64,000 nucleotides of DNA from positions 15,992 through 79,991 of the IMG/VR virus record IMGVR_UViG_2600255093_000008. One strand, given 5' to 3'. This document shows positions 18,070-27,280 of this stretch, in pieces (the first letter of the stretch is position 1; every line of letters begins with the position of its first letter). The position numbers were made by a program, and so were the translations under genes. This stretch comes from a virus. Its lineage: Duplodnaviria > Caudoviricetes. The notes beneath the pieces are model-generated. The model was not told the origin of the DNA and ran no database searches. It worked only from the letters and a program-made list of their open reading frames with translations.

Positions 18070-18291
18070 GTGACGCGAACGAGACACCTGACCTGGAGAG
18101 ACGAGATGACTGCGACAACGACCTTCTTCGCCTACCGCATCCAAAACGGGCAACGGCACTTCTTCGAGTTCGAGCGGTGCGACACCTGGAATAGCCGCGA
18201 AGAGTTAATGGCCGCGATCGAGAAGTGGAAGAAGACCGTGCCTGAAAACTACGCGGCCCGGGTCACCTTCGAGATTCACCAGGACAACTGA
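18070..18291 (+). CDS. Hypothetical protein (may start at ATG 18107)
   Basis: GGAGA SD; first gene after the promoter. Confidence 0.6.
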   Translation: MTRTRHLTWRDEMTATTTFFAYRIQNGQRHFFEFERCDTWNSREELMAAIEKWKKTVPENYAARVTFEIHQDN

Positions 18292-18350
18292 GCGACACAC
18301 CGGGGCGGGTCGCAGTGACCCGCCCTCCCTCACCCGAACCGGATTAGCCC

Positions 18351-18659
18351 ATGCCGATGGCCACTATCGCAATGACCCGCGACGCAGCCTACATCGTCGT
18401 CGCATTCCGCCCGAAGTCCGAGCCGTTGCCCGAAGGATTCGCCGAATTCACTGAGTCGAAAAACACCGTGCAGTACGCGGAGGGGCACCGGTTCGCGGGC
18501 CAACTGGAGATGGTCGCGGTGAAGCTGATGAAGGACGGGCGAGGCGATCCGGACCTGATGCCGATGCTCACTGCCGCCGACTGGCTCCGGGATCGCGGAT
18601 GGACCATCGAGCCAGAAGGGTGGTGCAAGTTGGTGATGCAGGAGATCGGAGCGGCCTGA
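18351..18659 (+). CDS. Hypothetical protein
   Basis: Flanked by hairpins; protein-like composition. Confidence 0.6.
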   Translation: MPMATIAMTRDAAYIVVAFRPKSEPLPEGFAEFTESKNTVQYAEGHRFAGQLEMVAVKLMKDGRGDPDLMPMLTAADWLRDRGWTIEPEGWCKLVMQEIGAA

Positions 18660-18737
18660 TTCAAACGACGCGGGGCGGGGAGTGCTGCTAACACCTCCCG
18701 CCCCACTTCTCAAACCCTGTTCAGGAGGGATCGAGCC

Positions 18738-19085
18738 ATGACAGTGTACACGGAACTACTGCCCCCCACCAAGTCGGAGAAGCACGGCGCCCTGAAGTGG
18801 GAGCCGGCCACCGACAACGCGACCAGCCCCTTTGCCGGCGTGCTCACGCTGACCGGCCGACGCGACCACTGCCGGTATCGCGTCGAAGAGCATCCCGCCG
18901 ACGAACCAGGCCGGGCGTTCGTGCTGTGGAAGCTCGACGCTGGCACCGACCGCACCGAAGAACGGTACGGGTGCTTCGTCGCGAAGAACAACGCTCACCT
19001 GTGCGAGTGCCGGGGGTTCACCGCAACCCGACACTGCAAACACCTCGCGGGCCTCACCGAACTCGTGGGAGCGAAGAAACTGTGA
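18738..19085 (+). CDS. SWIM zinc-finger protein
   Basis: CECRGF...CKH; GGAGGG SD. Confidence 0.8.
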   Translation: MTVYTELLPPTKSEKHGALKWEPATDNATSPFAGVLTLTGRRDHCRYRVEEHPADEPGRAFVLWKLDAGTDRTEERYGCFVAKNNAHLCECRGFTATRHCKHLAGLTELVGAKKL

Positions 19086-19228
19086 TCCAGTACCTACACG
19101 CCCTGGTGGGTTTCGTTGGGTCCGTCGGATGGTTCGTATGGTTCGCGATCGCCTCTGTCTGGCACGTGCTCTGGCCGATGGTCGGCGGGGCCTTTCTCTG
19201 GGAGGCCGTTCGGAACCGGAAGTGGTAG
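19082..19228 (+). CDS. Small membrane protein (48 aa)
   Basis: GTGA overlap; hydrophobic MIQYLHALVGFVGSVGWFVWFAIASVWHVLWPMVGGAFLWEAVRNRKW. Confidence 0.5.
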   Translation: MIQYLHALVGFVGSVGWFVWFAIASVWHVLWPMVGGAFLWEAVRNRKW

Positions 19229-19294
19229 ATCGCTGTCGAACTAATTGCGGGGCGGATCAACGCCCCTTTACCTCACACTAAACGAGTCACTCAC

Positions 19295-19591
19295 ATGATT
19301 TTCTCAATCACGCACGCCACCTGGCAACAACTCCGCGTTCTGGTCCGCGCAAAGGGCAAGCCCGTCCTCGGGCGCGATATCCGGATCGTGCCAACGCGCC
19401 TCACCAAAACGGGCGAGTTTCTCGACGAACTGGTCGAGGCGGGGTTGATCGTCCGGGCTGAAGGGAAGCTCGCCACAGGTCGCGAGCCGGAACAGTTCCG
19501 CGCGAGTTACACGCTGACCGAGAAGGGGAAACATGCCGCAGAGTACGGCGAATATGAGCGGGTACGAGAGCCGCAGCAGACTGCCGGCTGA
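19295..19591 (+). CDS. Winged-helix protein
   Basis: LDELVEAGLI...YTLTEKG wing motif. Confidence 0.65.
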   Translation: MIFSITHATWQQLRVLVRAKGKPVLGRDIRIVPTRLTKTGEFLDELVEAGLIVRAEGKLATGREPEQFRASYTLTEKGKHAAEYGEYERVREPQQTAG

Positions 19592-19786
19592 CGCAAGATG
19601 CGTCCCCGATTGCCCCTTCTCTCACGGGGAGGGGAGTAACCCCGCCTCACGCACGGACGCGATGGGCGGGGTGATTTATTTGGTTTTTCTTGGTTGATTT
19701 TAGTTGATACGGCGGTATTATACCTGTGTCGGAGCAAACGCCCGACAGGTGCCCGGGCCTTCCGGGACTCCCAACAAGGGAAGACG

Positions 19787-20098
19787 ATGGTCGAAGTAGA
19801 TGTGCTCATCCCGACGGCCGACAACGCGGGCCTGATGTTCCTGCCCGCTCACCACGCGATCTTCGAGCAATTCGTGCTCGCCCTGTTCCCCGGCTTCTCG
19901 CTTCAGCCCGGTACGGTGTCCGGTGCCTGGACCGACGCGGGAACCGTGTACCGCGACGAACTGCGAGTGTACACGCTCCGCGTGTCCGGCCTCATCGCCA
20001 ACGGCCCCGCTCTCCGCGAGGTGATCGACTTCGCGAAATCCCACTACGCACAACTGGCCCTCTACGCCCGCTACCTGAACGTGTCCGAAATCCTCTGA
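19787..20098 (+). CDS. Small ferredoxin-fold-like protein (candidate toxin)
   Basis: VLIPTADNAG...GAW...G.VYRDE alternating beta/alpha pattern. Confidence 0.55.
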   Translation: MVEVDVLIPTADNAGLMFLPAHHAIFEQFVLALFPGFSLQPGTVSGAWTDAGTVYRDELRVYTLRVSGLIANGPALREVIDFAKSHYAQLALYARYLNVSEIL

Positions 20099-20153
20099 TC
20101 CGACTCGCTCCCCCGGTGAAGACCGGGGGAGCTTCAACCCTGGGGTGAGTACC

Positions 20154-20945
20154 ATGAATCGCTACGAACTGCTCTCCGGAGAAGTGGTGGAGTACGACAC
20201 TCTACCAGCCCCGCTCGCCGCGTTCTTGACCCGTGTTCAGTCGGCCGCGAGTGACCTCGCCGTATCACCGGCCGCACTCCTGGCCCTGGTGTACGGCGTC
20301 GAAAACCCGCTGCTCGACACCACCACCGCTCCGGGCCGAGCGATCGTGAACGCGACCGCCTTCGCTCACCCCGTCTACAAGGTGCTCGGCGACCTGGTGG
20401 GGCGTAAGCAACTCGCAGCACTCAACCAGTCTCCCGAGCAGGTTGTTGCCGCGTACACGCTCACGGTGAAGGCCGCGGCCGAGCGGATCGGGCTGAGCGA
20501 AACCGCGACCAGGACCGCGATCCAGGGCGGGAAACTGGACGCGATGAAGCGGAACGGGGAATGGTACGTGCGGCCCGAATCGGTCGATTCCTACAAGGTC
20601 AGCAACCGCGGGCGGAAGAAGGCGGTCCCCGCGGCGGTGCGGGTGAGGTGCGGCGGCGCGGACGGGGTAAGCCTGTCCGTGCGGCTCGCGGGCGGGGAAC
20701 TGGTCGCCGAGGGCAAGGACGGAGGAGCTGTCGTCGGTCGATTCCCGGACGGGTGGACCGCCGCGGCCGTGAAGACGACCACCAAGACCGGCGCCCGCGT
20801 GTTCGAGATCGAGCCGGAGGCGGGTACCGAGGAAGTGGTCGAGTTCGGCGAGTTCGAGGTACGCGGGCCGTTCAAGGTCGTGAAGAAGCACAACGCAACG
20901 AAGGTCGCGGCCGAGGTGTGGAAGAAATACGCGGCCGAAGCGTAG
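20154..20945 (+). CDS. Protein with central excisionase-type HTH (HTH_17-like)
   Basis: LTVKAAAERIGLSETATRTAIQGGKLDAMKRNGEWYVRPESV. Confidence 0.7.
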   Translation: MNRYELLSGEVVEYDTLPAPLAAFLTRVQSAASDLAVSPAALLALVYGVENPLLDTTTAPGRAIVNATAFAHPVYKVLGDLVGRKQLAALNQSPEQVVAAYTLTVKAAAERIGLSETATRTAIQGGKLDAMKRNGEWYVRPESVDSYKVSNRGRKKAVPAAVRVRCGGADGVSLSVRLAGGELVAEGKDGGAVVGRFPDGWTAAAVKTTTKTGARVFEIEPEAGTEEVVEFGEFEVRGPFKVVKKHNATKVAAEVWKKYAAEA

Positions 20946-21202
20946 CAGCGGGCCAACGGATCGGCTCTAATGTCTGCGGCTGAAAGGCTCGCCCGGTGAC
21001 GGGGGCGTTAGGCGACACATTCACGAGTCGCAAGCTCGAACGTATCAGTAGCCGCTGTCATGGGGTAAGGCGTGAGTACCCTGCGGCCGGGCGGTCGCGA
21101 CCACGTCTGCCGGAGCGCCCCACCCTGGAGCGGCTCCGGCCTCTGCCCGGCGGCCGGGCACAAGGGGAAACCCAGCCGCATTGTTACGATCAAAATACAG
21201 AC

Positions 21203-21228
21203 GGCCCGCGGGAGCACTCCCGCGGGCC
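21203..21228. terminator. Hairpin at the convergence of late operon and accessory block
   Basis: GGCCCGCGGGAG / CTCCCGCGGGCC inverted repeat. Confidence 0.65.
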
Positions 21229-21253
21229 GGCCTCATTACTGCTCGTCTTTCAC

Positions 21254-21448
21254 TCACGCCGGAAGCAGCGTCTTAAACAGTTCGAGCGCGAGGTCATCTA
21301 ACGGTGTGGGCGTGGCCTTCACCACGAACGCCAGCGCCGGCCCGTGAATCAGTCTGCGGATGAACGCCTGGCCGTCCGCGCTCGCCACCTGACCGGCCTG
21401 CACTCGCGCGGCCACTTTCTCGACCAGATCCAGCAATGCACTATTCAT
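21254..21448 (-). CDS. Small holin-like/lysis-module protein (64 aa)
   Basis: AAGGA SD; ALAFVVKATPTPLDDLAL resembles the T.T..DD motif of small phage membrane proteins. Confidence 0.45.
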   Translation of the reverse strand: MNSALLDLVEKVAARVQAGQVASADGQAFIRRLIHGPALAFVVKATPTPLDDLALELFKTLLPA

Positions 21449-21564
21449 CGTCTCGATCCTTAACAGGGGTGGAAGTAACCCGGCCGGGACGGACGCACAG
21501 CTAACCCAGTCGCATCCCCCAAACGACCACTGGACCGCCCACGTGTCCCGGCCGGGTGTACGGG

Positions 21565-22380
21565 TTAGCGCGAGGTCGGGCATCGCCCGTTCGCGCAGGA
21601 TGAACCGGAGCTGTACGTCACTCCGGGGAACGAGTACGACGTCGCCGGCGAGCACGTGCCGCCGGAGCAACTCACCGCGGGCGAACCGATCGGTTCGAGC
21701 TGGGACCAGGTGCGGCCGCGGTTGTCGCGGTAGGTCACCAGTTGGTAGCTGATTACCGGCGCCGGGGCCTCCACGGGCTTCGGCGCCACGGGCTGTGTTT
21801 CGACTTTCGCGGTCGGGGCTTCAGCGCACGGGCACTTGTCACCACACGCGCACGCAGCTCGGCCGCGGCGAAAGGAGATGGGCTGTTCGTCGCTCCCCTC
21901 CTCCGCGCGGATCTGCCAGTCGGCCGGGGCTGGGGCCGGCATGGGACGAGCGGGAACGTCGCCGATCTTACGGGCCGCTTTCTCAACGGCCTTCTTCACC
22001 TCGGTCTCGGTTCCCTGTCCCGGAATCGTGGTGTCGATCATCAGCTTTTCACCGACCGGGTAACCCACCACGACAGACGGCGCCTTCGCCTCACCGAACG
22101 ATGGTGCGTCGCACTTGCACGCGACCGAACCAACGACCGGAACGACGTCGCATCCCACGAACACGACAAGCGGCACCTGGTCGGCGGTCGCGGCCTTGTA
22201 GCCAGCCGGGTAATCCTTCGGGGCCGGCGCCGTCGCTGTTCGCCCACCCTTGGCTTTCGACAGAGCAATCAGGGCTTTGGCCTTATCCGCCTCAGCCAGT
22301 TCGCCGGCGAAGCTCGTGGTGATCGGTCCCAGTGCCAGACACGCGACCAGTGCCACGCGGATTTTCAGAAGACAGGTCAT
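21565..22380 (-). CDS. Secreted Pro/Cys-rich protein
   Basis: Signal peptide (KIRVALVACLALGPITTSFA); CACGDKCPC and CSGGTC...CANGRCP motifs. Confidence 0.7.
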   Translation of the reverse strand: MTCLLKIRVALVACLALGPITTSFAGELAEADKAKALIALSKAKGGRTATAPAPKDYPAGYKAATADQVPLVVFVGCDVVPVVGSVACKCDAPSFGEAKAPSVVVGYPVGEKLMIDTTIPGQGTETEVKKAVEKAARKIGDVPARPMPAPAPADWQIRAEEGSDEQPISFRRGRAACACGDKCPCAEAPTAKVETQPVAPKPVEAPAPVISYQLVTYRDNRGRTWSQLEPIGSPAVSCSGGTCSPATSYSFPGVTYSSGSSCANGRCPTSR

Positions 22381-22451
22381 CGCGATCTCTTTCAGTGAAA
22401 AGAGCGGGCGAACGAAGGAGCCGGGAACACCCCGGCTCACGGATGAAGGGC

Positions 22452-23687
22452 TTACGGCGCGAGCGGGAATTCCAGGTACCACACGGTGGACGACCGGTTC
22501 CCGAACGAATCTTGGCTGTGGACCTTCTCGAACAGCGGCAATCGAAGTCGGGGTTCCGCTTTCACGATCTTGCCCCAACCAGACAGCTCCTTTTCCTGCT
22601 CAGTGCGGATGAACCAGTCCGGGGTGCGGGCCGGGAACCCGGCGACGTCAGCCAGGGCGAAGGAATCCCCCTGAGACACCATGCGTTCGACCACGGAGGC
22701 ATCGACCCAGAACGCGGCGCGAGGCGCGTCCTCCGGCCACACGGGGCCACCGTGGGCCTGATCGCCCCACGAATTCAGACACAGCGCCCCGGGCCTGCTC
22801 CCGTTGCGCCAGCCGATGAAACACATGCAGTGCGGCCACGTACCGCGAGGCGAGATGAACCCCTGCGAGTCACGGGTACCCACGCTGCCGTCGCGGTTGT
22901 TGAAGCCGACATTCGAGCAGACCGGAACCGGATAGCCTTGCATCAGCGCCCGCTTCACGTCGTCAGCGGTGGTAACCAGAGCGGCCCCACGCACCGCGTG
23001 TTTCTTCGCATCGGCTTCCAGCTCGTCGGGGACACCGGACACGCCCCACTGACGAGCACGCGCGGGAGAGAACGTGGTTAGGTCGTACTTGCCGAGCTTC
23101 TCCATCGGGATCAGCCCGCCGCGCGATTTCAGCCATTCCGAGGCCCACGCGCCCATCGAGCCGTCGCCACGGATCTGGCCTCGGCCAACCTCGACCCGAG
23201 AGCCGGCGTAGATCGCCTCGACCGCCGCGGCCTTCCACTCGAAGCTCGCTCCGGCCGCGATCGCGGTGGCCTGCACGACGTCCGCGCCGTGTTTAAACCC
23301 GCACCCGACGCAACAACCTACGCTCTGCTGGTTGACGTTCGGGTACCAGTCCGACCCGCGGCCGTTGACGCCGCGCACCGTGCGATACAGGAACACGTCC
23401 TCGTCACCGAGTGCCGCTTTACCGGCCGGGGTAGTGACGAAGTGGAGCGTTTTTGCCTGGTCCAAATTGGTGCGGATCGTCTCATCGTCCCGCAGCCAGC
23501 CCATGCGCGACGGCTCGAACTCGTCGAGCTGCGGCACGGGCACGGGCACTTCGATTTTGCGTTCGACCTCGACCGTCTTTGGTGTGGTGAACTGCGTGCC
23601 GCCGATCGCGCCGAGGATGATCGGGATCAGCGTCATCAGGGCTCGCAGGCCCCATTTCTTCAGGCTGCTCTTGGTCTCGTCGGTCAT
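22452..23687 (-). CDS. Papain-like (C1 family) cysteine peptidase with N-terminal membrane anchor
   Basis: NQQSVGCCVG (oxyanion Gln and catalytic Cys), WPHCMCFIGW (His), LNSWG (Asn). Confidence 0.85.
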   Translation of the reverse strand: MTDETKSSLKKWGLRALMTLIPIILGAIGGTQFTTPKTVEVERKIEVPVPVPQLDEFEPSRMGWLRDDETIRTNLDQAKTLHFVTTPAGKAALGDEDVFLYRTVRGVNGRGSDWYPNVNQQSVGCCVGCGFKHGADVVQATAIAAGASFEWKAAAVEAIYAGSRVEVGRGQIRGDGSMGAWASEWLKSRGGLIPMEKLGKYDLTTFSPARARQWGVSGVPDELEADAKKHAVRGAALVTTADDVKRALMQGYPVPVCSNVGFNNRDGSVGTRDSQGFISPRGTWPHCMCFIGWRNGSRPGALCLNSWGDQAHGGPVWPEDAPRAAFWVDASVVERMVSQGDSFALADVAGFPARTPDWFIRTEQEKELSGWGKIVKAEPRLRLPLFEKVHSQDSFGNRSSTVWYLEFPLAP

Positions 23688-23735
23688 GGTGTCCTTTCGA
23701 TGTCACGGGCGAATATGTGATCTGAGGGCGGAACC

Positions 23736-23864
23736 TCAGCGGAAGTACCAGAACCCGCCCCGGTCGAACCAACGGTCAAGAACCAGGAACAGCGCAAAGG
23801 CCGGGATCACGACCCACAGAAAGAACGAGAGCGCCGCGAGCGCGATTCTGTCAGTGGTCTTCAC
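23736..23864 (-). CDS. Single-TM small protein (holin candidate)
   Basis: MKTTDRIALAALSFFLWVVIPAFALFLVLDRW... Confidence 0.5.
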   Translation of the reverse strand: MKTTDRIALAALSFFLWVVIPAFALFLVLDRWFDRGGFWYFR

Positions 23865-23865
23865 G

Positions 23866-24570
23866 TCACAGCCCTTCGAGGATGGTGGCCAATCGGGTGA
23901 ACAGCGCGGCCACAGCGTCACGCTGCGCGCCTGCGAACGCGGCATCGGTGGGGAGCAGCAGAGCCAGTTCCGCGCTCACGGTTTGGCGCACGCCAATAAG
24001 GGCATCGCCGATCATGCTCTTTGCGGTCTCGCGCGCCACGCGCCGGAACTCGTCCGCGGACGGGGACTCGGCCGCTTCTTTGCTCAGCTCCCGGTAGAGC
24101 GTGGCGAGACTTTTCGCGAGCGCGGCTTTCTTCGCCGGGTCGGTCTCAGGATCTGCGCCGAAGGCTTTCTTGATGCGCTCGGTGAGCGCATCGGGCTTCG
24201 GGGGAGTCGGCCCCGGACCGGGGCCAGGTGGCGCGGGCGGGTCACCGATCACGACGACGACGCGCGCGGGTTTCGAGGGGATGTCACCAACGGCTGTGTA
24301 CGCGAGCAGTTCGTAGCGACCGGTGGGGCCGGAGAACAGCAACAACCGCCCGCCATCGACCGGCCGAAGCGACAGGCCCGGGGTGAGAGTGACCCACTCG
24401 ACGACCTTTCCCGGCGTCTCTGCTTTGAGATCGGTGATGGTCGCCGGCGGTGCTTTTACCTCGGACGGGAGTTTCAGAGACGGCGTCGCAGGCGCAGGCG
24501 GATCTTGCGCGAGAGCTGAAGACGAGAAAGCAAGCAAAAGCGCGGCAGCAATCAAAATTCGCACGGTCAT
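23866..24570 (-). CDS. Secreted protein with Ig-like N-domain, PG linker and helical C-domain
   Basis: Signal peptide ILIAAALLLAFSSSALA; PPGPGPGPTPP linker. Confidence 0.7.
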   Translation of the reverse strand: MTVRILIAAALLLAFSSSALAQDPPAPATPSLKLPSEVKAPPATITDLKAETPGKVVEWVTLTPGLSLRPVDGGRLLLFSGPTGRYELLAYTAVGDIPSKPARVVVVIGDPPAPPGPGPGPTPPKPDALTERIKKAFGADPETDPAKKAALAKSLATLYRELSKEAAESPSADEFRRVARETAKSMIGDALIGVRQTVSAELALLLPTDAAFAGAQRDAVAALFTRLATILEGL

Positions 24571-24584
24571 CCCTCTGGGGTGAT

Positions 24585-24600
24585 GACCGGCTAATGGCAC
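24585..24600 (-). promoter_or_regulatory. Conserved 16-nt motif, copy A (GTGCCATTAGCCGGTC)
   Basis: One of 8 copies; followed by a short leader with GAGGG SD. Confidence 0.75.
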
Positions 24601-24606
24601 GGCGTG

Positions 24607-25008
24607 TCAGTCCGGCAGCGTAGGTGTGACAGTCAACCAGGTTGCGGGCACGAGCTGAACTCGCCCCGCGATCCCGCCCGCGGCGACAACATCGACCGCG
24701 TAGCGACGGAACCCGGCGCCGGCCGGGACGGTGACACTGAAGGCCAGTGTGGTCGCGTCTGCTACCGCGCCGACGGCCGTGGCGCTCACGGGCCAGCCGT
24801 CGGCGCGCGGATCGGTCGCCTTGTACTGGTCAGATCCCGACCGGCCGTTGCGATCGGAGTCCCACAGTGGATCAGCGCGCACCGTCAGAGTGATGGTGCC
24901 GTAGTCCGTGAGCGACAGGCCCGAACGGAGCGTACATTCCACTCGCACGGTCTGTGTCTGGAGGGCCGGCCAGGAGAGCACCGGTGCTTCGCGGATCTGC
25001 GATGGCAT
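24607..25008 (-). CDS. Ig-like virion protein (BppU N-terminal-like)
   Basis: Beta-sandwich pattern with RYAVDV; tail-module position. Confidence 0.5.
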   Translation of the reverse strand: MPSQIREAPVLSWPALQTQTVRVECTLRSGLSLTDYGTITLTVRADPLWDSDRNGRSGSDQYKATDPRADGWPVSATAVGAVADATTLAFSVTVPAGAGFRRYAVDVVAAGGIAGRVQLVPATWLTVTPTLPD

Positions 25009-25011
25009 GGC

Positions 25012-25617
25012 TCAGCACTCCAGGTCCGCCGTGAATGTCGTGACGCTGCGGTCGGCGCCGGTCAGGGTGACCACGGATCGATCGGCGCCCGTCATACAGA
25101 CGGCGACGCCGTCCGTCGGCACAACGGGAACCACATACCGGGTCGGCCGCAGTAGAACGCTTGCCCGGGAGACGAACGGGCGCACGAACGCGCCCCGGGC
25201 CACGAGCACGGGGAACTGCCGACGAGTTGCCGGAGCTGCACTGCGAGCTGGCACACGCAGCACCTGGCCGCGGACATGAACCGGTGCCGTGCGGAGCGCG
25301 CGAGCGACTAGGACGGCCGGGGGCCGTTTCGTCGGCGGAGCCACGATCGCTCGCGTGGGACGACCCACGATCGCTCGGCCGAGAACAGGCGCGATGCGCC
25401 GGGGCGCGGCCACGAGCACTGCGGGTGGACGCTTTGCAACGACCTGCGCCGCGGGCTTCGAGGGCCGGCCGACTGTCCCGCGGCCGACGAGCTGCCGGCG
25501 AACCTGTGCCACGACGATCGGGCGCACCGGGGGCCGCGCCGAAACGACGTTAGCCGCTCGCTGGGGCGAACCAACGAACGGCTTGCGGCGCCGGACTCCG
25601 GTGATGATCGTCGGCAC
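25012..25617 (-). CDS. Very basic Arg/Pro/Val/Ala repetitive protein
   Basis: Tightly packed in the operon; no Asp/Glu before residue 169. Confidence 0.65.
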   Translation of the reverse strand: MPTIITGVRRRKPFVGSPQRAANVVSARPPVRPIVVAQVRRQLVGRGTVGRPSKPAAQVVAKRPPAVLVAAPRRIAPVLGRAIVGRPTRAIVAPPTKRPPAVLVARALRTAPVHVRGQVLRVPARSAAPATRRQFPVLVARGAFVRPFVSRASVLLRPTRYVVPVVPTDGVAVCMTGADRSVVTLTGADRSVTTFTADLEC

Positions 25618-25619
25618 GA

Positions 25620-26078
25620 TTACTCTTCGTAGGTGACCTGCGCGGCCACGGTCGGCGTCCCCGTCGAGGTCGCTTCAATGTTCAGTGCCGCGCCGCCCGG
25701 GATACGGATCTCCATACCGGGGGGGAGGAACTCGATAATCCCCGATTGGTCGGGAACCTCATACAAGAGGCCCGTGTCGGTCGGCGTGGTCGGCTCCACG
25801 GTCGCGTTGCTGCCCGCGGTCGCCTGCAACGTCTCAGAATCGGACGTGTCATTCTTGCCCGGCGTCGCCGCGGAGAACGTCCCGAAGTTCGCGGTCGATC
25901 GCGTCAGCCGGACCTTGACCGGCACGCCCGTCCCGCCGGCCGCCGCCTTGCCGAACAATCGGATACTCTTCACGAGAACCCGCTGATTCGCCGGCGCCTT
26001 GATTTGAAGGATCGTCTTCGCGGTGTTCGCCACGAGCGCGACCTCACCGCTGTTCACGTGCGCTACGATGCCGGCCAT
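25620..26078 (-). CDS. Beta-rich virion structural protein
   Basis: Jelly-roll-like strand pattern; operon position. Confidence 0.6.
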   Translation of the reverse strand: MAGIVAHVNSGEVALVANTAKTILQIKAPANQRVLVKSIRLFGKAAAGGTGVPVKVRLTRSTANFGTFSAATPGKNDTSDSETLQATAGSNATVEPTTPTDTGLLYEVPDQSGIIEFLPPGMEIRIPGGAALNIEATSTGTPTVAAQVTYEE

Positions 26079-26080
26079 CG

Positions 26081-27277
26081 TTACCCCACAAGTTGCCAGG
26101 TGTTGGGCGTGAGTACCCGCGGCGGACCGCCCACCGTCCCGCCGCCGCTGTCCGCGTGTTGGAGCGCGCCCACGTCGCGATTGTTCGTGATCCCGGACGG
26201 GAACACGGCCGGGAAGCCCTTGCCCCGGAGCAGCGCCCCGCCTCCGGCCACGTTGTTCAAACTGAAGTCACGCGCGGCCCGGTTCACGAACGGGTCCGCG
26301 GTCAGGGTGAAATCCCCGAACCCGGCGCCCATGCCCGTGTATGCCCCCGACGTGTACGAGCCGTAAGCGTTGTTCCGCAGCACGCGCACTTGCGACATCA
26401 CGTAAGTTTGGGTCAGCGCCGTGTTCTCGATCCCGTACCCGATCGCGTAGAAAATGCTGTTCTCGATTTCGAGCGCGATCGTGCTCGTGGTCGTCCCGGT
26501 CTTGATCGCGCTCCCGGTGATGTCCACCCATATCGAGTCCCGCGAGATGATCGTGACCGGGGTGGCGGCGCTGGTGTTCGCGTTGATCCCCGCCGCGAGT
26601 CCGTCAATGATCGACTTCACCACCTCGAACGTGTACCCGATCCCGAACGACCCGCCGCGGGACAATTCCGAAGACGGGCAATCGTGGATGTCGCACCCGA
26701 ACAGCTTAATGAAGCCCCCGTTCGATCCCGGGAACAGGCTCGCCGTCGTGGTGCAGTTGAGCACCTCGCAGTTCTCCCAGACCCAGAACACGGACGCGAT
26801 GTTCGCGTTAATGGGGGCGAGGCACCCGTCTACCACGACATCCCGGCACACCAACGGGGAACTGGCCGAGGTCGCCAGGCTGAACGCGCCGCCCTTCGTC
26901 GTGGGGTGCGTCTGCGTGAACCGCAAGTGCGTGAACTCGAAGAAGTCGTTGTCGTTGAGGGCGAACACGTTCCCGCCCGATTGCGAGCACGAGAACGTGG
27001 GGCGCCCGTCTCTTGCTCCGGGCGTCGTCGTGTACCCCTCGATCACGTTCACGCCGTTGGTCGTGTCCCCCTTGAGCGCGGCCGGGAACGTGACCGCGGA
27101 CGCCTTGGCGTAGTCGGTCCCGGTGGCGCGCACCCAGATCCGGTTCCCGCCCCCGGTGATCGCGGCGAGCGCGGTGTCGAGGTCCGCGTAAGCCCCGGTC
27201 GAACCCGATCCCGGGTTGTCCCCAGTGTTCGTGTTCAGCCCGAGCACGTTGTCCACGTATTTGTTCGCGTTCGCCAC
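26081..27277 (-). CDS. Right-handed beta-helix tailspike/depolymerase candidate
   Basis: Pectin-lyase-like repeats; C-terminal DPFVN..ARDFSL...G...DVGALQ. Confidence 0.7.
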   Translation of the reverse strand: MANANKYVDNVLGLNTNTGDNPGSGSTGAYADLDTALAAITGGGNRIWVRATGTDYAKASAVTFPAALKGDTTNGVNVIEGYTTTPGARDGRPTFSCSQSGGNVFALNDNDFFEFTHLRFTQTHPTTKGGAFSLATSASSPLVCRDVVVDGCLAPINANIASVFWVWENCEVLNCTTTASLFPGSNGGFIKLFGCDIHDCPSSELSRGGSFGIGYTFEVVKSIIDGLAAGINANTSAATPVTIISRDSIWVDITGSAIKTGTTTSTIALEIENSIFYAIGYGIENTALTQTYVMSQVRVLRNNAYGSYTSGAYTGMGAGFGDFTLTADPFVNRAARDFSLNNVAGGGALLRGKGFPAVFPSGITNNRDVGALQHADSGGGTVGGPPRVLTPNTWQLVG

Positions 27278-27280
27278 GGT

